Source of the DNA: Eledone cirrhosa
Taxonomy: Eukaryota
Length of the DNA: 64,000 bases
Reading direction: 5' to 3'
Assembly (NCBI GenBank): GCA_964016885.1
Contig: OZ024760.1
Coordinates: 23,870,001 to 23,934,000 of the forward strand
Shown: positions 1 to 12,897 of the stretch, piece by piece
Position numbering within the stretch: the first letter of the stretch is position 1
Layout of the letters: each line of letters begins with the position of its first letter
Translations under genes and position numbers: made by a program
Notes under the pieces: generated by a model
Database searches by the model: none
What the model saw: only the letters and a program-made list of their open reading frames with translations
Told to the model about the DNA's origin: nothing

Positions 1-860
1 GAACACAGAAGAGCCGAACTCCCACTGTCATCACCTCCATCTCTCTCACCCTTCCCATCTCTCCCATGTACACCAGGTCTGAACACAGAAGAGCCGAACT
101 CCCACTGTCATCGCCTCCATCTCTCTCGCCCTCCCCATCTCTCTCATGTACACCACGTCTGAACACAGAAGAGCCGAACTCCCACTGTCATCACCTCCAT
201 CTCTCTCGCCCTCCCCATCTCTCTCATGTACACCAGGTCCCAACACAGAAGAGCCGAACTCCCACTGTCATCGCCTCCATCTCTCTCACCCTCCCCATCT
301 CTCTCATGTACACCAGGTCCCAACACAGAGGAGCCAAACTCCCACTGTCATCACCTCCATCTCTCTCGCCCTCCCCATCTCTCTCATGTACACCACGTCT
401 GAAGACAGAAGAGCCGAACTCCCACTGTCATCGCCTCCATCTCTCTCGCCCTCCCCATCTCTCTCATGTACACCACGTCTAAACACAGAAGAGCCGAACT
501 CCCACTGTCATCACCTCCATCTCTCTCGCCCTCCCCATCTCTCTCATGCACACCAGGTCCCAACACAGAAGAGCCAAACTCCCACTGTCATCACCTCCAT
601 CTCTCTCACCCTCCCCATCTCTCTCATGTACACCAGGTCCCAACACAGAGGAGCCAAACTCCCACTGTCATCACCTCCATCTCTCTCGCCCTCCCCATCT
701 CTCTCATGTACACCACGTCTGAAGACAGAAGAGCCGAACTCCCACTGTCATCGCCTCCATCTCTCTCGCCCTCCCCATCTCTCTCATGTACACCACGTCT
801 GAACACAGAGGAGCCGAACTCCCACTGTCATCGCCTCCATCTCTCTCTACCTCTCCATCT
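1..860. repeat. 80-bp minisatellite, about 10.7 copies
   Basis: Unit gaacacagaagagccgaactcccactgtcatc...ctctcatgtacaccacgtct recurs at 1, 81, 161, 241...; ORFs here are repeat artefacts. Confidence 0.95.
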
Positions 861-999
861 CTTCTATTATGAGCAAATGGGGTCCCACGTGCTGGCCGCC
901 CCACGATCCCGGCTGACAGAATGGAGACGTCGTTTCCCCGGAGGATGGTAAGGGAGATGCGCCGAAAGAGCTATTCCATCTCGTGAGGCTAACACCTGC

Positions 1000-1395
1000 G
1001 GGTAGCCAGCTCGGCACCTATGGTGGTAAGTAGGGAGGTAACCCTAGGACCAAGGACACCAGAAGTCTCCACTGCTAGGAGTAGCCAGCTCAGCGCCTAT
1101 AGTGGTAAATATGGAGGTTGCCCTAGGGCCAAGGACACCAGAAGTCTCCACTACTAGGGGTAGCCTGCTCAGCGCCTATGGGTAAGTAGGAAGGTAGCCC
1201 TAAGATCAAGGACACCAGAAGTCGCCACTGCTAAGTGTAGCCAGCTCAGCGCCTATCGTGGTAAGTAGGGAGGTAGCCCTAGGGTCAAGGACACCAGAAG
1301 TCGCCACTGCTAAGAGTAGCCAGCTCAGCGCCTATGGGTAAGTAGGGAGGTTGCCCTAGGGTCAAGGACACTACAAGTCTCCACAGCTAGGGGCT
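1000..1395. repeat. 77-79-bp minisatellite, about 5 copies
   Basis: gtagccagctcagcgcctat...caaggacaccagaagtc recurs at about 1002, 1081, 1160, 1237, 1316. Confidence 0.9.
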
Positions 1396-1424
1396 CGACT
1401 GCAAACCTGTCGGAGAGCGACCGA

Positions 1425-2200
1425 GTACAGTACTTACTGCCCGTGGGTGTATATTCTGAGTGGGTGTATATGTGTTGTAGCTGTATATAAATATGTGTAT
1501 ATATGTGTATATATGTTTGTATGTAGTACAGTACACACTGCACGTGGGTGTATATTCTGTGTGGGTGTATATCTGTTGTAGCTGTGTATATGTGTATATA
1601 TGTAGTACAGTACACACTGCACGTGGGTGTATATTCTGTGTGGGTGTATATCTGTTGTAGCTGTGTATATGCGTATATATGTAGTACAGTACACACTGCA
1701 CGGGGTGTATATTCTGTGTGGGTGTATATTCTGTGTGGGTGTATATCTGTTGTAGCTGTGTATATGTGTATATACGTAGTACAGTACACACTGCACGTGG
1801 GTGTATATTCTGTGTGGGTGTATATTCTGTTGGGTGTATATTCTGTGTGGGTGTATATTCTGTGTGGGTGTATATCTGTTGTAGCTGTGTATATGTGTAT
1901 ATATGTAGTACAGTACACACAGCACGTGGGTGTATATTATGTGTGGGTGTATATTCTGTTGGGTGTATATCTGTTGTATATGTGTATATATGTAGTACAG
2001 TACACACTGCACATGTGTGTATCTTTTGTACTTTCTGCACGTGGGTGTATATTCTGTGTGGGTGTTTATTCTATCTGGGTGTATATTCTGTGTGTGTGTA
2101 TATGTGTTGTAGTTCTGTATATGTGTATATATGTAGTACAGTACACACTGCACGTGGGTGTATATTCTGTGTGGGCGTATGTTGTGAAGTGTATAAGTGT
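1425..2200. repeat. About 79-bp composite minisatellite with variable gtgggtgtatattct subunits
   Basis: gtagtacagtacacactgcacg recurs at about 1523, 1602, 1681, then with longer spacing. Confidence 0.85.
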
Positions 2201-2243
2201 GTGTATATTGTAGTTGTGTGTATATGTGTGTTTTGGACAGTGC

Positions 2244-2285
<42 letters not shown>

Positions 2286-2649
2286 GTCTACTCCTACGTG
2301 GGTGTATATTGTCATGTATGTGTATCTGTGTATATTGTAGTTGTGTGTATATGTGTGTTTTAGACAGTGTATTATCTGCGTGGGTGTATGTCATGTGTGT
2401 GTGTATGTATATGTGTGTGTATATGCCATGTGTGTGTGTATTTGTATATGTGTGTGTGTGTACATAAGACAATCATTATTTTTGCGTGGGTGTATGTCAT
2501 GTGGCTGTATATGAGTGTTGTTGTGTTCTGTGTGTATGTGTGTGTATGTGTGTGTATGTGTGTGTTCTGTGTGTATGTGTGTGTATGTGTGTGTATGACA
2601 ACATCCGTCACTACAGTAATTAGCAGCAGCAGCATCAACATCATCATCT

Positions 2650-3400
2650 TCAACATCACAACCACCACCACCAACACCATCATCCTACCACCACCATCCT
2701 ACCACCGTCCTACCACCATCACCACCACCATCCTACACTACCACCGCCACCACCATCCTACACCACCAACAACACCACCAACACCATTCTACCACCAACA
2801 CCACCACCATCCTACCACCACTACCAACACTACCACCACCACCAACACCACCACCATGCTACCACCACCACCATCCTACCACCACCAACACCATCCTACC
2901 ACCATCCTACCACCATCCTACCACCACCAACACCACGCTACCACCACTACCACCACCAACACCACCCTACTACCACCACCACCAACACCACCACCATCAC
3001 GCTACCACCACCTACACCACCACCACCATCCTACCACCACCAACACCACCACCATCCTACCACCACCAACAACACCATCCTACCACCACCACCACCATCC
3101 TACCACCACCAACACCATCCTACCACCACCAACACCACTGCCACCACCACCACCATCCTACCACCACCACCAACACCACCACGATCCTACCACCACCACG
3201 CTACCACCACTACCACCACCAACACCACAACCACCACCACCACCACCACCACGCTACCACCACTACCACCACCACCACCATGCCACCACCATCCTACCAC
3301 CATCAACATCACCTACCACCACCACGCTACCACCACCAACACTACCACCACCAACAACAACAACACCACCACCATGCCACCACCACCACCACCTACACCA
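2650..3400. repeat. Degenerate (CCA)n-rich simple repeat
   Basis: cca/cta/caa triplets throughout. Confidence 0.9.
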
Positions 3401-3722
3401 GTATATTTGTTAATCTGCCAGACAACAATATGTGGAGACAATTGAGAATAAATACAACGTCAAGTTTTACAGCATTACCCATAATTTTCTCTCTTATCTC
3501 CTTCGAGATATTAATTTTACTTCACACACACACACATACATACACACAAACACACACATACATACATGCATACACATGCGCACAGTCGCATATGCTCAGA
3601 CACATAGATACACATATATATATGTATATACATTTACGCACTTACACACACATAAAGCCACATAGTAACGTTTCTACCGTGTGTTGAACCTCCCAATAAA
3701 AACACCGCGTGCCTTCACACGG

Positions 3723-3846
<124 letters not shown>

Positions 3847-3847
3847 C

Positions 3848-3884
<37 letters not shown>

Positions 3885-4059
3885 CTGTGTGTGTGTGTAT
3901 ATATATATTGGAAAATGTGTGAAATCCTTGGTATAGTTAGGTATATTTTTTAAAAAATCTACCAACTCATAATATAATATTATATTATATTATAACATTA
4001 AATCATAAGAAAAAAAATGTTTAACACTACAAGTGAAGTCATTCTTTTCCTTTTTTCAA

Positions 4060-4093
<34 letters not shown>

Positions 4094-4124
4094 AGATCAA
4101 AAGATGGTTAAAAGAGTTCCATGT

Positions 4125-4183
4125 ATTTTATTATGCGCATTTCAAAAACAAATATCATCATTTGTGTTTTCATCAGATAAAAT
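4125..4183 (-). ncRNA. Minimal type-I hammerhead ribozyme
   Basis: Reverse complement: attttat CTGATGA aaacacaaat..atttgttttt GAAA tgcgca TA ataaaat. Confidence 0.8.
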
Positions 4184-4306
4184 AGGAAGACACATGATAT
4201 GAAGGTTAAAAACACTTGTGATAGTGCAGTTTTAAATCAACATATCCATGTTGATTTAAAACTGCACTATCCACAAGTGTTTTTAACCTTCATATCATGT
4301 CTTCCT

Positions 4307-4375
4307 ATTTTATCTGAGGAAAACACAAATGTTATTGCATGATGATATTTGTTTTTGAAATGCGCATAATAAAAT
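4307..4375 (+). ncRNA. Minimal type-I hammerhead ribozyme
   Basis: attttat CTGAGGA(4314) aaacacaaat..atttgttttt GAAA(4357) tgcgca TA ataaaat; 7-bp stem I, palindromic stem III. Confidence 0.8.
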
Positions 4376-4521
4376 ACATGGAACTCTTTTAACCATATTT
4401 TGATCTTATATATTATGTATACTCCAGTCCTACAAATTGTAGAGTGCTTCTTATCCGATATCTTCATTGCTTTATTGTACTACAATAAAACTCACCTCCT
4501 ACATATATATATATATATATA

Positions 4522-4923
4522 TAGAAGGTGAGTAATATTGTAGAACAATAAAACTATGCATATATCAGATAAGTAGCACTCAACAGTTGGTAAAACTGGA
4601 GTATATATGATAAAGAAGAAATTAAAAGATGGTTAAAAGAGTTCCATATATTTTATTATGCGCATTTCAAATACAAAATCAACCTGGGACAAAAATTGTG
4701 TTCTCATCAGATAAAATAAGGTAACATGATATGAGGCATAATAGCACTTGTTTACAGGAAAGTACTACATGATATGAAGACCTAGCACTTTCCTGTAAAC
4801 AAGTGCTATTATGCCTCATATCATGTTACATTATTTTATCTGATGAGAACACAATTTTTGTCCCAGGATGATTTTGTATTCGAAATGCGCATAATAAAAT
4901 ATATGGAACTCTTTTAACCATCT
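4522..4923. mobile_element. Fold-back hammerhead element, diverged relative of 4085-4501 in opposite orientation
   Basis: About 4627-4765 inverted with about 4785-4923; long arm on the left ends at (TA)n 4502-4522; hammerheads at 4650-4717(-) and 4833-4900(+). Confidence 0.8.
4833..4900 (+). ncRNA. Minimal type-I hammerhead ribozyme
   Basis: attttat CTGATGA(4840) gaacacaa..ttgtattc GAAA(4882) tgcgca TA ataaaat. Confidence 0.85.
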
Positions 4924-5021
4924 AGAAGGGTCGGTGTATATATGTGCTAAAAACCAGAGCCAAATCTCACTCAAATCTTACTTTTCTTTTTAAATAATAG
5001 GAAAGAACTGTTGGACAAAGC

Positions 5022-5073
<52 letters not shown>

Positions 5074-5075
<2 letters not shown>

Positions 5076-5232
5076 AAAGTGTATAACCCTGACGGCAGAG
5101 CTCAAGCCGTTTCGACGGCTGAGCTCTGCCGTCGGGGTTATACACTTTCCTATTACCCACTCTACTACCCTAAGTATTGAGTACTCTGGTGAGTTATGGT
5201 CCATCTGGTTCCTTGCCACACTTCATTCGTTT
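5074..5232 (+). mobile_element. Short (TA)n-flanked hairpin-plus-tail element, copy 1 of 6
   Basis: ggaaagtgtataaccctgacggcagagctc..gagctctgccgtcggggttatacactttcc hairpin, then tail acccactctactaccctaagtattgagtact..ttcgtt. Confidence 0.85.
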
Positions 5233-5361
<129 letters not shown>

Positions 5362-5546
5362 AGTTAAATCTTAGACAGGTACAAAAACAGAGAGGCAGTA
5401 CAAATAGTGGTTTATTAGGTTCACGCTTTTGAGAGTGTAGGGAGGGGTACGTTTTGATCATAAGCCCTTCATCAGGAGAAAACTGACTGGGTATGAAGAG
5501 AGTTCCAAGGGTGTGTGTATGTATGTATATATATATATATATATTT

Positions 5547-5970
5547 AACAAATGTTAAACAAGGTTCATTGATTAATCAATGAATATAGTTTTACAATAG
5601 ATTAGAAGCACTCAACAAGTAGTTTTCTGGAGTTAGTAATATTAATTCAAAATATTAATAAATATAGACATTCACGTAAATTCGGAGGTGCTGTGCTGTT
5701 TTTCAGTACGTCCTCATCAGATAAAATATATAAATTGATGTCTTACATACCTCAACTGTGCTGATGGTTCAATTCCAGTCTTGGCAGTCTGGAATTGCCA
5801 AGACTGGAATTGAACCATCAGCACAGTTGAGGTATGTCATACATCAATTTATATATTTTATCTGATGAGGACGTACTGAAAAACAGCGCAGTACCTCCGA
5901 AATATATATAATAAAATATATTTTTTGATTACGGGAATGTCTATATTTATTAATATTTTGAATTAATATA
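5547..5970. mobile_element. Fold-back hammerhead element in (TA)n
   Basis: 5639-5786 inverted with about 5795-5970 (centre about 5790); the left arm has a deletion through stem III and a tail of about 90 nt. Confidence 0.8.
5855..5917 (+). ncRNA. Minimal type-I hammerhead ribozyme
   Basis: attttat CTGATGA(5862) ggacgtactg..cagtacctcc GAAA(5899) tatata TA ataaaat. Confidence 0.85.
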
Positions 5971-5978
5971 TATATATT

Positions 5979-6010
<32 letters not shown>

Positions 6011-6328
6011 TATACATATATATATATGAATTTGTTTTGCGAGGTTTTTGATATGAAATCGTGTGTCGAAACAAATATTGTTATACTTGGGGAGGGTCAT
6101 ATTGTTATAATAATATTGCCAGAAATAAGTCTATATATATATATATATATAGTCATGTCTGTATTTTTGACCGTTGGTCAGTCAGTGATAAACATTGATT
6201 GCTAAATGAATTAACTATGGAGGTATAAAAGATACAGAAGCGAAAAAGAAAACCAACCAAACAGTGAGTGTGTTCTGTGATTATTTCTGGCAATAGTATT
6301 ACAACAGTAACCCTCCCCAAGTATAACA

Positions 6329-6370
<42 letters not shown>

Positions 6371-6372
<2 letters not shown>

Positions 6373-6505
6373 AACAAGTAAGACCCCGACGGCAGAGCTC
6401 TGCTGTCGGGGTCTTACATGTTCTTATTACCCACTCTACTACCCTAAGTATTGAGTACTTTGGTGTGTTATGGTCCATCTGGTTCCTTACCACAATTTCT
6501 TCGTT
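6371..6505 (+). mobile_element. Short hairpin-plus-tail element, copy 2
   Basis: Same tail as 5074-5232; hairpin folds at gcagagctctgc; (TA)n both sides. Confidence 0.85.
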
Positions 6506-7133
6506 ATATATATATATATAGTATTAACGATACTATTTATGGTTATGTATATACTAAAACTTTTTATAGTTATATATATTTTAAACCCTAAACAGTTAAA
6601 GACAGAAATTTATTACTACCTTATTACCAGTAAGATAAATAGCTCAATGTAATAACATCAGTTGTTCTACAGAGTATATATATATATTAGAAAGTGAGGT
6701 TTTTTTTACAAAATGAAAAATAACCGAGGTGTCCTACACGAGTGAAAGAATAAAGAAAAAAAGATAAAATCGAAAATGCAACTGGAGTCTTATTTTTAAA
6801 AATATATATATTTATTTGGTTCCTTTACCGGTTTCGCAGTTCCTCTGCTTTTCAAAACTAGAGTTGAGATGGAGGGTCTGTGGTTTTCTCCACATTATAT
6901 ATATATATATATATATATATATAATGTGTGTGTGAGTGTAAGTGTGTGTATATATATTATATACATATATATATAAATCATTGATATACATATATATAAA
7001 TATACATATATATATATAAATATATATATATGTATATATATATGTATGTATGTACACACATTTACAACCAATATATATATATAAATTGTATATATATTGG
7101 TTGTAAATGTGTGTACATACATACATATATATA

Positions 7134-7189
<56 letters not shown>

Positions 7190-7218
7190 TTGTAAATGTG
7201 TGTACATACATATATATA

Positions 7219-7254
<36 letters not shown>

Positions 7255-7367
7255 TTGTAAATGTGTGTACATACATACATATATATATACATATATATAT
7301 ATTTATATATATATATGTATATCAATGATATTAAATAAATGGAAACTATATCTATAAAACCATATTT

Positions 7368-7426
7368 ATTCTATTATATATATTTCAAGGGTACCAAACC
7401 TTTGGTACGCACTCATCAGATAAAAT
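7368..7426 (-). ncRNA. Minimal type-I hammerhead ribozyme (family of the 26499 element)
   Basis: Reverse complement: attttat CTGATGA gtgcgtacca..tggtaccctt GAAA tatata TA atagaat; flank atattaaataaatggaaactata shared with about 26590. Confidence 0.75.
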
Positions 7427-7692
7427 ACAAATTTTAACATGTTTTACAAATATTGACATATCCAGGAAGAAGATCTTAACAAGTTTTTCCTGGATAGTTA
7501 TAAACATATACATTTGTTGAATTGTCAACAAATTAAATATCCCTTATGCTTATATATATATATATTAAAATAACAGATTAAAGTTTAAGCAAAGAATCGC
7601 TGCTTTCACCCTTAACTACGGTTCTTATATATTTGATATATATTTTCCTTATCGAGCCCTCTTTGGATTTTAGTCTTCAATTTTATTATTAT

Positions 7693-7749
<57 letters not shown>

Positions 7750-8072
7750 ATAAGCTCTTCCGGGTTGAATCGGAGGTAACCACAGTAAGTAAGGTACTCA
7801 ATACATAGCAGTGTATATGAAAATCAAAACAAGATGGTTTGTTCAAAAGTACGTCTACGGATAGGACTGGCCTATGGTTAAATACAACATCATACATTAG
7901 CTACAACTTCCAATGACATTACACTAAATATATTAACAAACAACAACAAATACGATGAGAATGAAGAAAAAACTGATAATTATGTCCTTACCGTGTTATC
8001 TGGGTATATAATATGAAGGGGTGTATATAACTATATACGTGTGTATATATACGTGTGTATATATGTATATAT

Positions 8073-8415
8073 TAGGCGGGAATTGGCACAGTCGTTAGAA
8101 AGTCGTATAGAATGCTTTATGGTAGGCATGGCAAGCATGCGGCCCTTCACAAGGTCACCTGCGGCCCTCGCACAAAGGTTTTTACAGCACGAGCGTAATA
8201 GGGAATAATTAATGTTAATTGTAATGTGCACAATTAATTGTCATGTGTGGCCCTCAGACGACACGTATGTGATCCATGTGGCCCCCGGGGTAACCTCAGT
8301 TTGACAATCCTGCTTTATGGTATCCGTTCCGGCTCTTTGCCCTCTGAGTTCAACTTTGCCTTTCATCCTTTTGAGGTCAATAAAAAAATGTACCAGTAGT
8401 AGTAATGGGGTCGAT
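8073..8415 (+). mobile_element. Diverged tRNA-derived SINE interrupted by a MITE
   Basis: ttggcacagtcgttag head; tgagttcaactttgcctttcatcctttt..aataaa..gtaccagta body. Confidence 0.75.
8123..8312. mobile_element. Non-autonomous hAT-type MITE, 190 bp
   Basis: 8-bp TSD ctttatgg at 8115-8122 and 8313-8320; imperfect TIRs taggcatggcaa / ttgacaatcctg; subterminal gcggccc/gtggccc motifs. Confidence 0.8.
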
Positions 8416-8694
8416 TCTTTCTCTCTGCCGTACTGAGGAGAGGGTTGGGCTCAGCCAGGTTTAAGATGTCCAAGAAACGTCGTTTGTCAATACTCTGCCC
8501 CTACGACTCTATCAGGAGTTACGGGACCATACCATACCATTTATGGATATCCACACACAGATAAGTATCGCCAATGATAAATAAACCCAGTTGCTACGAG
8601 ATCCGCTCATGCGCACACCGACACTCTCCGAGCTCAGTTATACAGAAACAGCAACTTTGGTTGTTTCGTATCCACCAAGGTTGATATATTAATT

Positions 8695-9140
8695 ATTTCT
8701 ACTATAGGCACAAGGCCAGCAATTTGAGGGGAAAGTCGATTAAATCAAACCCAGTACATGACTGGTACTTTATTTTATCGACCAAGTAAGGATGAAAGGC
8801 AAAGCTAACTTCGGCAAGATTTGAATTCAGAAAGTAAATGGCCGTAACTCTATGCCGCTAAGCTTGTTGTCCGATGCTGTACCGATCAGGTAATCCATTG
8901 GTCTAGGTTGAAATATTAATGATTTCTACTGTAGGCACAACGGCAGTAATTTGGGGGAGGGGAAAGTCGATTAAGTCGACTCCAGTGTATTACTGGTACT
9001 TTATTTTATCGACCCCCGTAAGGATGAAAGGCAAAGTTAACCCCTGCCGGATTTGAACTCAGAACGTAAATGGCCGTAACTCTATGCTGCAAAGCATGGT
9101 GTCCAACGGTCTGCTGATTCAGGTAATCCACCGCCCGAGG
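8695..9140 (-). mobile_element. Two tandem tRNA-derived SINE copies
   Basis: actggtactttattttatcgac..aggatgaaaggcaaag..atttgaactcagaa, twice. Confidence 0.85.
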
Positions 9141-9169
9141 TTTAAATATTAATAAAATGTATTAAATAC

Positions 9170-9364
9170 AACTGGGTTTTGCTTATCTATTTAAAGGTTA
9201 ATAGGGTGACCAAGATGCTCTCGTGGAATGACCGAATGAGGTTTATTTCTTCAACATGGTCCTTGGAAAGAAAATAAAAAGAGTTGAGATTAACGCAAGC
9301 AAGATTTCACAGCTCTAGCATCACTCCTTCGGTCAGCTTATGAACTTTTCAGCCCACCCTCGTA
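9170..9364 (-). mobile_element. Mariner-type DNA transposon terminus
   Basis: Reverse complement TA-cgagggtgggctgaaaagttcataagctgacc matches the typical mariner TIR with TA target; no partner TIR seen. Confidence 0.6.
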
Positions 9365-9369
9365 GTGCA

Positions 9370-9716
9370 CCAATACCACCACCACCACTACCACCAACAC
9401 CACCACCACCACCACTAACACCAACACTGCCAACACCACCACCACCACCACTACTACCACCACCATCACTACTACCACAACCACCACTAACACAACCACT
9501 ACCACCACCACCACCACTACCACCACCACCAACACTACCACCGCCAATACTACTACCACTACTACCACCAAAACCACCAGCACCAACACCACCACTACCA
9601 CCACCACTACTACCACAACCACCACTAACACAACCACTACCACCACCACCACTACCACTACCACCACCACCACTACAACTACCACCACCAACACCACTAA
9701 CACCACCACCACCACT
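9370..9716. repeat. (CCA/CTA)n simple repeat
   Basis: Direct inspection. Confidence 0.9.
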
Positions 9717-10272
9717 ATTTAATCGACTTTCCCCTCCCTCAAATTGCTGGCCTTGTACCTATAGCAGAAATCATTATATATATATACATGCGCATGCGCA
9801 AAAAATAAAGTTTTCCCTCTCTCCCTTCCAACAACAATACCAAATATTTCCGGTCTTGTGCCTAAATACTTTAATCAATATTTATGCTTACAGGCGAACA
9901 CGCACATGCGCAATGGGCGTACATAGCTACTACATAACACGAAAATTATTTAACTAGAGTAAAGAACATTAAACAGAAAGAAGTGTTGTTGTTTTTTGTT
10001 GTTTATATTAGGGGTGAGGTTATGGGGTGGGTTTCATTTAATGTTGCATCATCAAAGAAAATATCTTTACTTATATCAGGGCCTCATATTCCATTCCAGA
10101 AAACTTAGTTGCTTATTCACTCGTAGACATTTAATGCGAGATTTCAAAAGAAAACGAAAATATTTTATGAATGCATCGTTTAAATAATTTTCAACATTAA
10201 AACTAACACTCCATTGCCTGCTCAACACACACACACACACACACAGAAAAAAACATTTACACTGTGTATATT

Positions 10273-10314
<42 letters not shown>

Positions 10315-10379
10315 TTTGTGCGTGTGTCAGTATGTCAGTATATGTGTGTGTATGCGGGTAAGGCTATTTATATAAATAA

Positions 10380-10436
<57 letters not shown>

Positions 10437-10476
10437 TATATATATATAAATGTATATGTATATATATGTATATATT

Positions 10477-10524
<48 letters not shown>

Positions 10525-10678
10525 GATGTATGTATATATATATTTATATACATATATATATATATATATATACATATATATATACATATATATATACATA
10601 TATATATATAAATGTATGTATATATATATATATACATATATATACATATATATATACATACATTTATATATATATATG

Positions 10679-10725
<47 letters not shown>

Positions 10726-10727
<2 letters not shown>

Positions 10728-10924
10728 CGAAGGAAATGTGGTAAGGAACCAGGTGGACCATAACGCACCAAAGTACTCAATACTTGAGGTAGTAGAGTAG
10801 GTAATAGGAACCAGTAAGACCCCGACAGCTGAGCTCAAGCCGTTTCGACGGCTAATTCTGGACTCAGTCCAGAATTAGCCGTCGAAACGGCTTGAGCTCA
10901 GCTGTCGGGGTCTTACTGGTTCCT
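10726..10924 (-). mobile_element. Short hairpin-plus-tail element, copy 3 (longest hairpin)
   Basis: Arms of about 58 bp folding at ggactcagtcc (about 10865); (TA)n both sides. Confidence 0.85.
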
Positions 10925-10925
10925 A

Positions 10926-10979
<54 letters not shown>

Positions 10980-11507
10980 AATGTATATATATATATGTAT
11001 ATATATATACATGTATATATATATATACATATATATATAGATATAGATATATAGATATATCTATATCTATATATCTATATATATATATATGGGGGCTGCC
11101 AACTCGTTTTCGAGTACGGCCACTACTTTATATCCATGTAGGAGAACTCCTACCGATGCGCTGAACGAGTGTGACTTTTTAGTCCAGCCAGCGACTTGAA
11201 AACTCCGGCACAAACACTACACTTGTGACAACCATTGACACATAGTGCATATATATATACATATATTTATACATATATATATATATATATTCCTGCGCTA
11301 ACAACATGAAGGCCCATATCATCAGCAATGCCAGGACCGGTTCTATCTCAGTGTACTCAATAGGTAATGTAGGATATTTTCCCAGAGTATACACATAGTT
11401 ATTCGCTTCAACACAACACACGTAAAACTAATATATATATATTTATATATATAGATATATATGAAAAAGAACACAAGAGCGTCTACAATATCAAAAGATT
11501 TTTATTG

Positions 11508-11556
11508 GCTAACAATGTTTCTTCCTTACGTGTAACCGTAGGATTCATCAGAGCTA
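11508..11556 (-). ncRNA. Hammerhead-like motif
   Basis: Reverse complement: gct CTGATGA atcctacgg..cgtaaggaa GAAA cattg TT agc, in a short (TA)n-flanked island. Confidence 0.6.
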
Positions 11557-11644
11557 TAAAAGGGGTTTGATTGGTGTTATGGACTCTACCAACCAAACAC
11601 TCAAGAGTATATAGATATATATAGATATATATATATATATATAT

Positions 11645-12090
11645 GAATAAATTTAGTCCTTCATCAGTGATCTGCCAACCTTCATTGGTATTTCATCGCT
11701 TTAAAGACCATGTACCTCCGGTTGGTGCGAGCAACGGCTAAAGAAAGTCGTCGGGACACGTAAATAAGGGGAACGAGCGAGACTGTAAACAATCAAAGAT
11801 GGTAATGCAACGAAAAGTGAGGAAGAAGGAGTCATGTCCCTGAAATCGATGAATATAAGTTCTGTTAAATCGTGGACGAGAGAGAATAAAGACCATCAAA
11901 CCTGGTCGAAATATGAGAAAGGAAAGAATTTCGCACAGGTCAAACGGGAGGAAGAAGGAGTCAAGTCCCTGAAGTCGGTGGACATAAGTTCTGTGAAATC
12001 GTAGACGAGAGAGAATAAAGAACTACCAACCTGGTCAAAGGGTGCGTGAGGAAAGAATTTCGCACAGGTCAAACGGGAGGAAGTAGGAGA
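11645..12090 (-). mobile_element. (TA)n-abutting repeat family (also 17628-17700 and 31993-32186) with an internal ~129-bp tandem duplication
   Basis: agtccttcatcagtgat..cattggtatttcatcgctttaaagacc shared at three loci; minus strand has CTGATGA but no matching GAAA. Confidence 0.7.
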
Positions 12091-12215
12091 GGGAGTAGCA
12101 GAGAGTGAGTGAGTGAAAGGTGAGGAAGGGACTAACAGAGAGAGTGACTGTTAGAGGGGGTAAAAGGAAGTAAGAGATACAGAGAAAAGAGGAAGCAGTA
12201 AGAAAGAAACAGACG

Positions 12216-12257
<42 letters not shown>

Positions 12258-12505
12258 TGTACACAAATAAATATATATACACACAGTATATATATATACA
12301 CCCATATCTATAGATATATTATTTATGTATATATACATATATCTACACAAATAAATAAATATATATATATACATGCACACTTATATATATAAAAATCAAA
12401 GAAAAGAATGTTATTGATAAATTCAAAGCCAAGCTAAATGAACAAAAATAATGGGATATTAATCCTACTATGATTATGACTACGACCACTAACAACAACA
12501 ACAAC

Positions 12506-12569
<64 letters not shown>

Positions 12570-12858
12570 GTGATGTTGATGGTGATGATTACTAGAAAAT
12601 GCTATTTTCATCATTTCTAAAAATAGCAAAACAATTGATGCTTTGGATAGGGTCAATTGGTAGTCGTTAGACATGCTCAAGCAACCGTGACGCATAAACC
12701 AATCAGCTTTAGTAGTCCATTGAAACTACACACCGATTCGTCGAAATACAGTTTGCAAGATTTAGCATTCTGGAGCCACTTTTCACTGTATATAAGGCAC
12801 AAAATTTACCCATCTCATTACAGTTGAAAATTGCAAACTTGACTGTCACCACACATTA

Positions 12859-12897
12859 TGAACCTGAAGATTGCGAAAGCATGAAAGTACTTGTTCA
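12859..12897 (+). ncRNA. Compact (39-nt) type-I hammerhead ribozyme
   Basis: tgaac CTGAAGA ttgc gaaa gcat GAAA gtac TT gttca; perfect 5-bp stem I, palindromic GTAC. Confidence 0.8.

Larger units (their letters stand above)
4085..4501. mobile_element. Fold-back element with hammerhead in both arms (putative Penelope-like pLTR derivative), flanked by (TA)n
   Basis: 4085-4242 is the reverse complement of 4247-4415 (centre about 4245); the right arm has an extra tail of about 85 nt to (TA)n at 4502. Confidence 0.8.
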
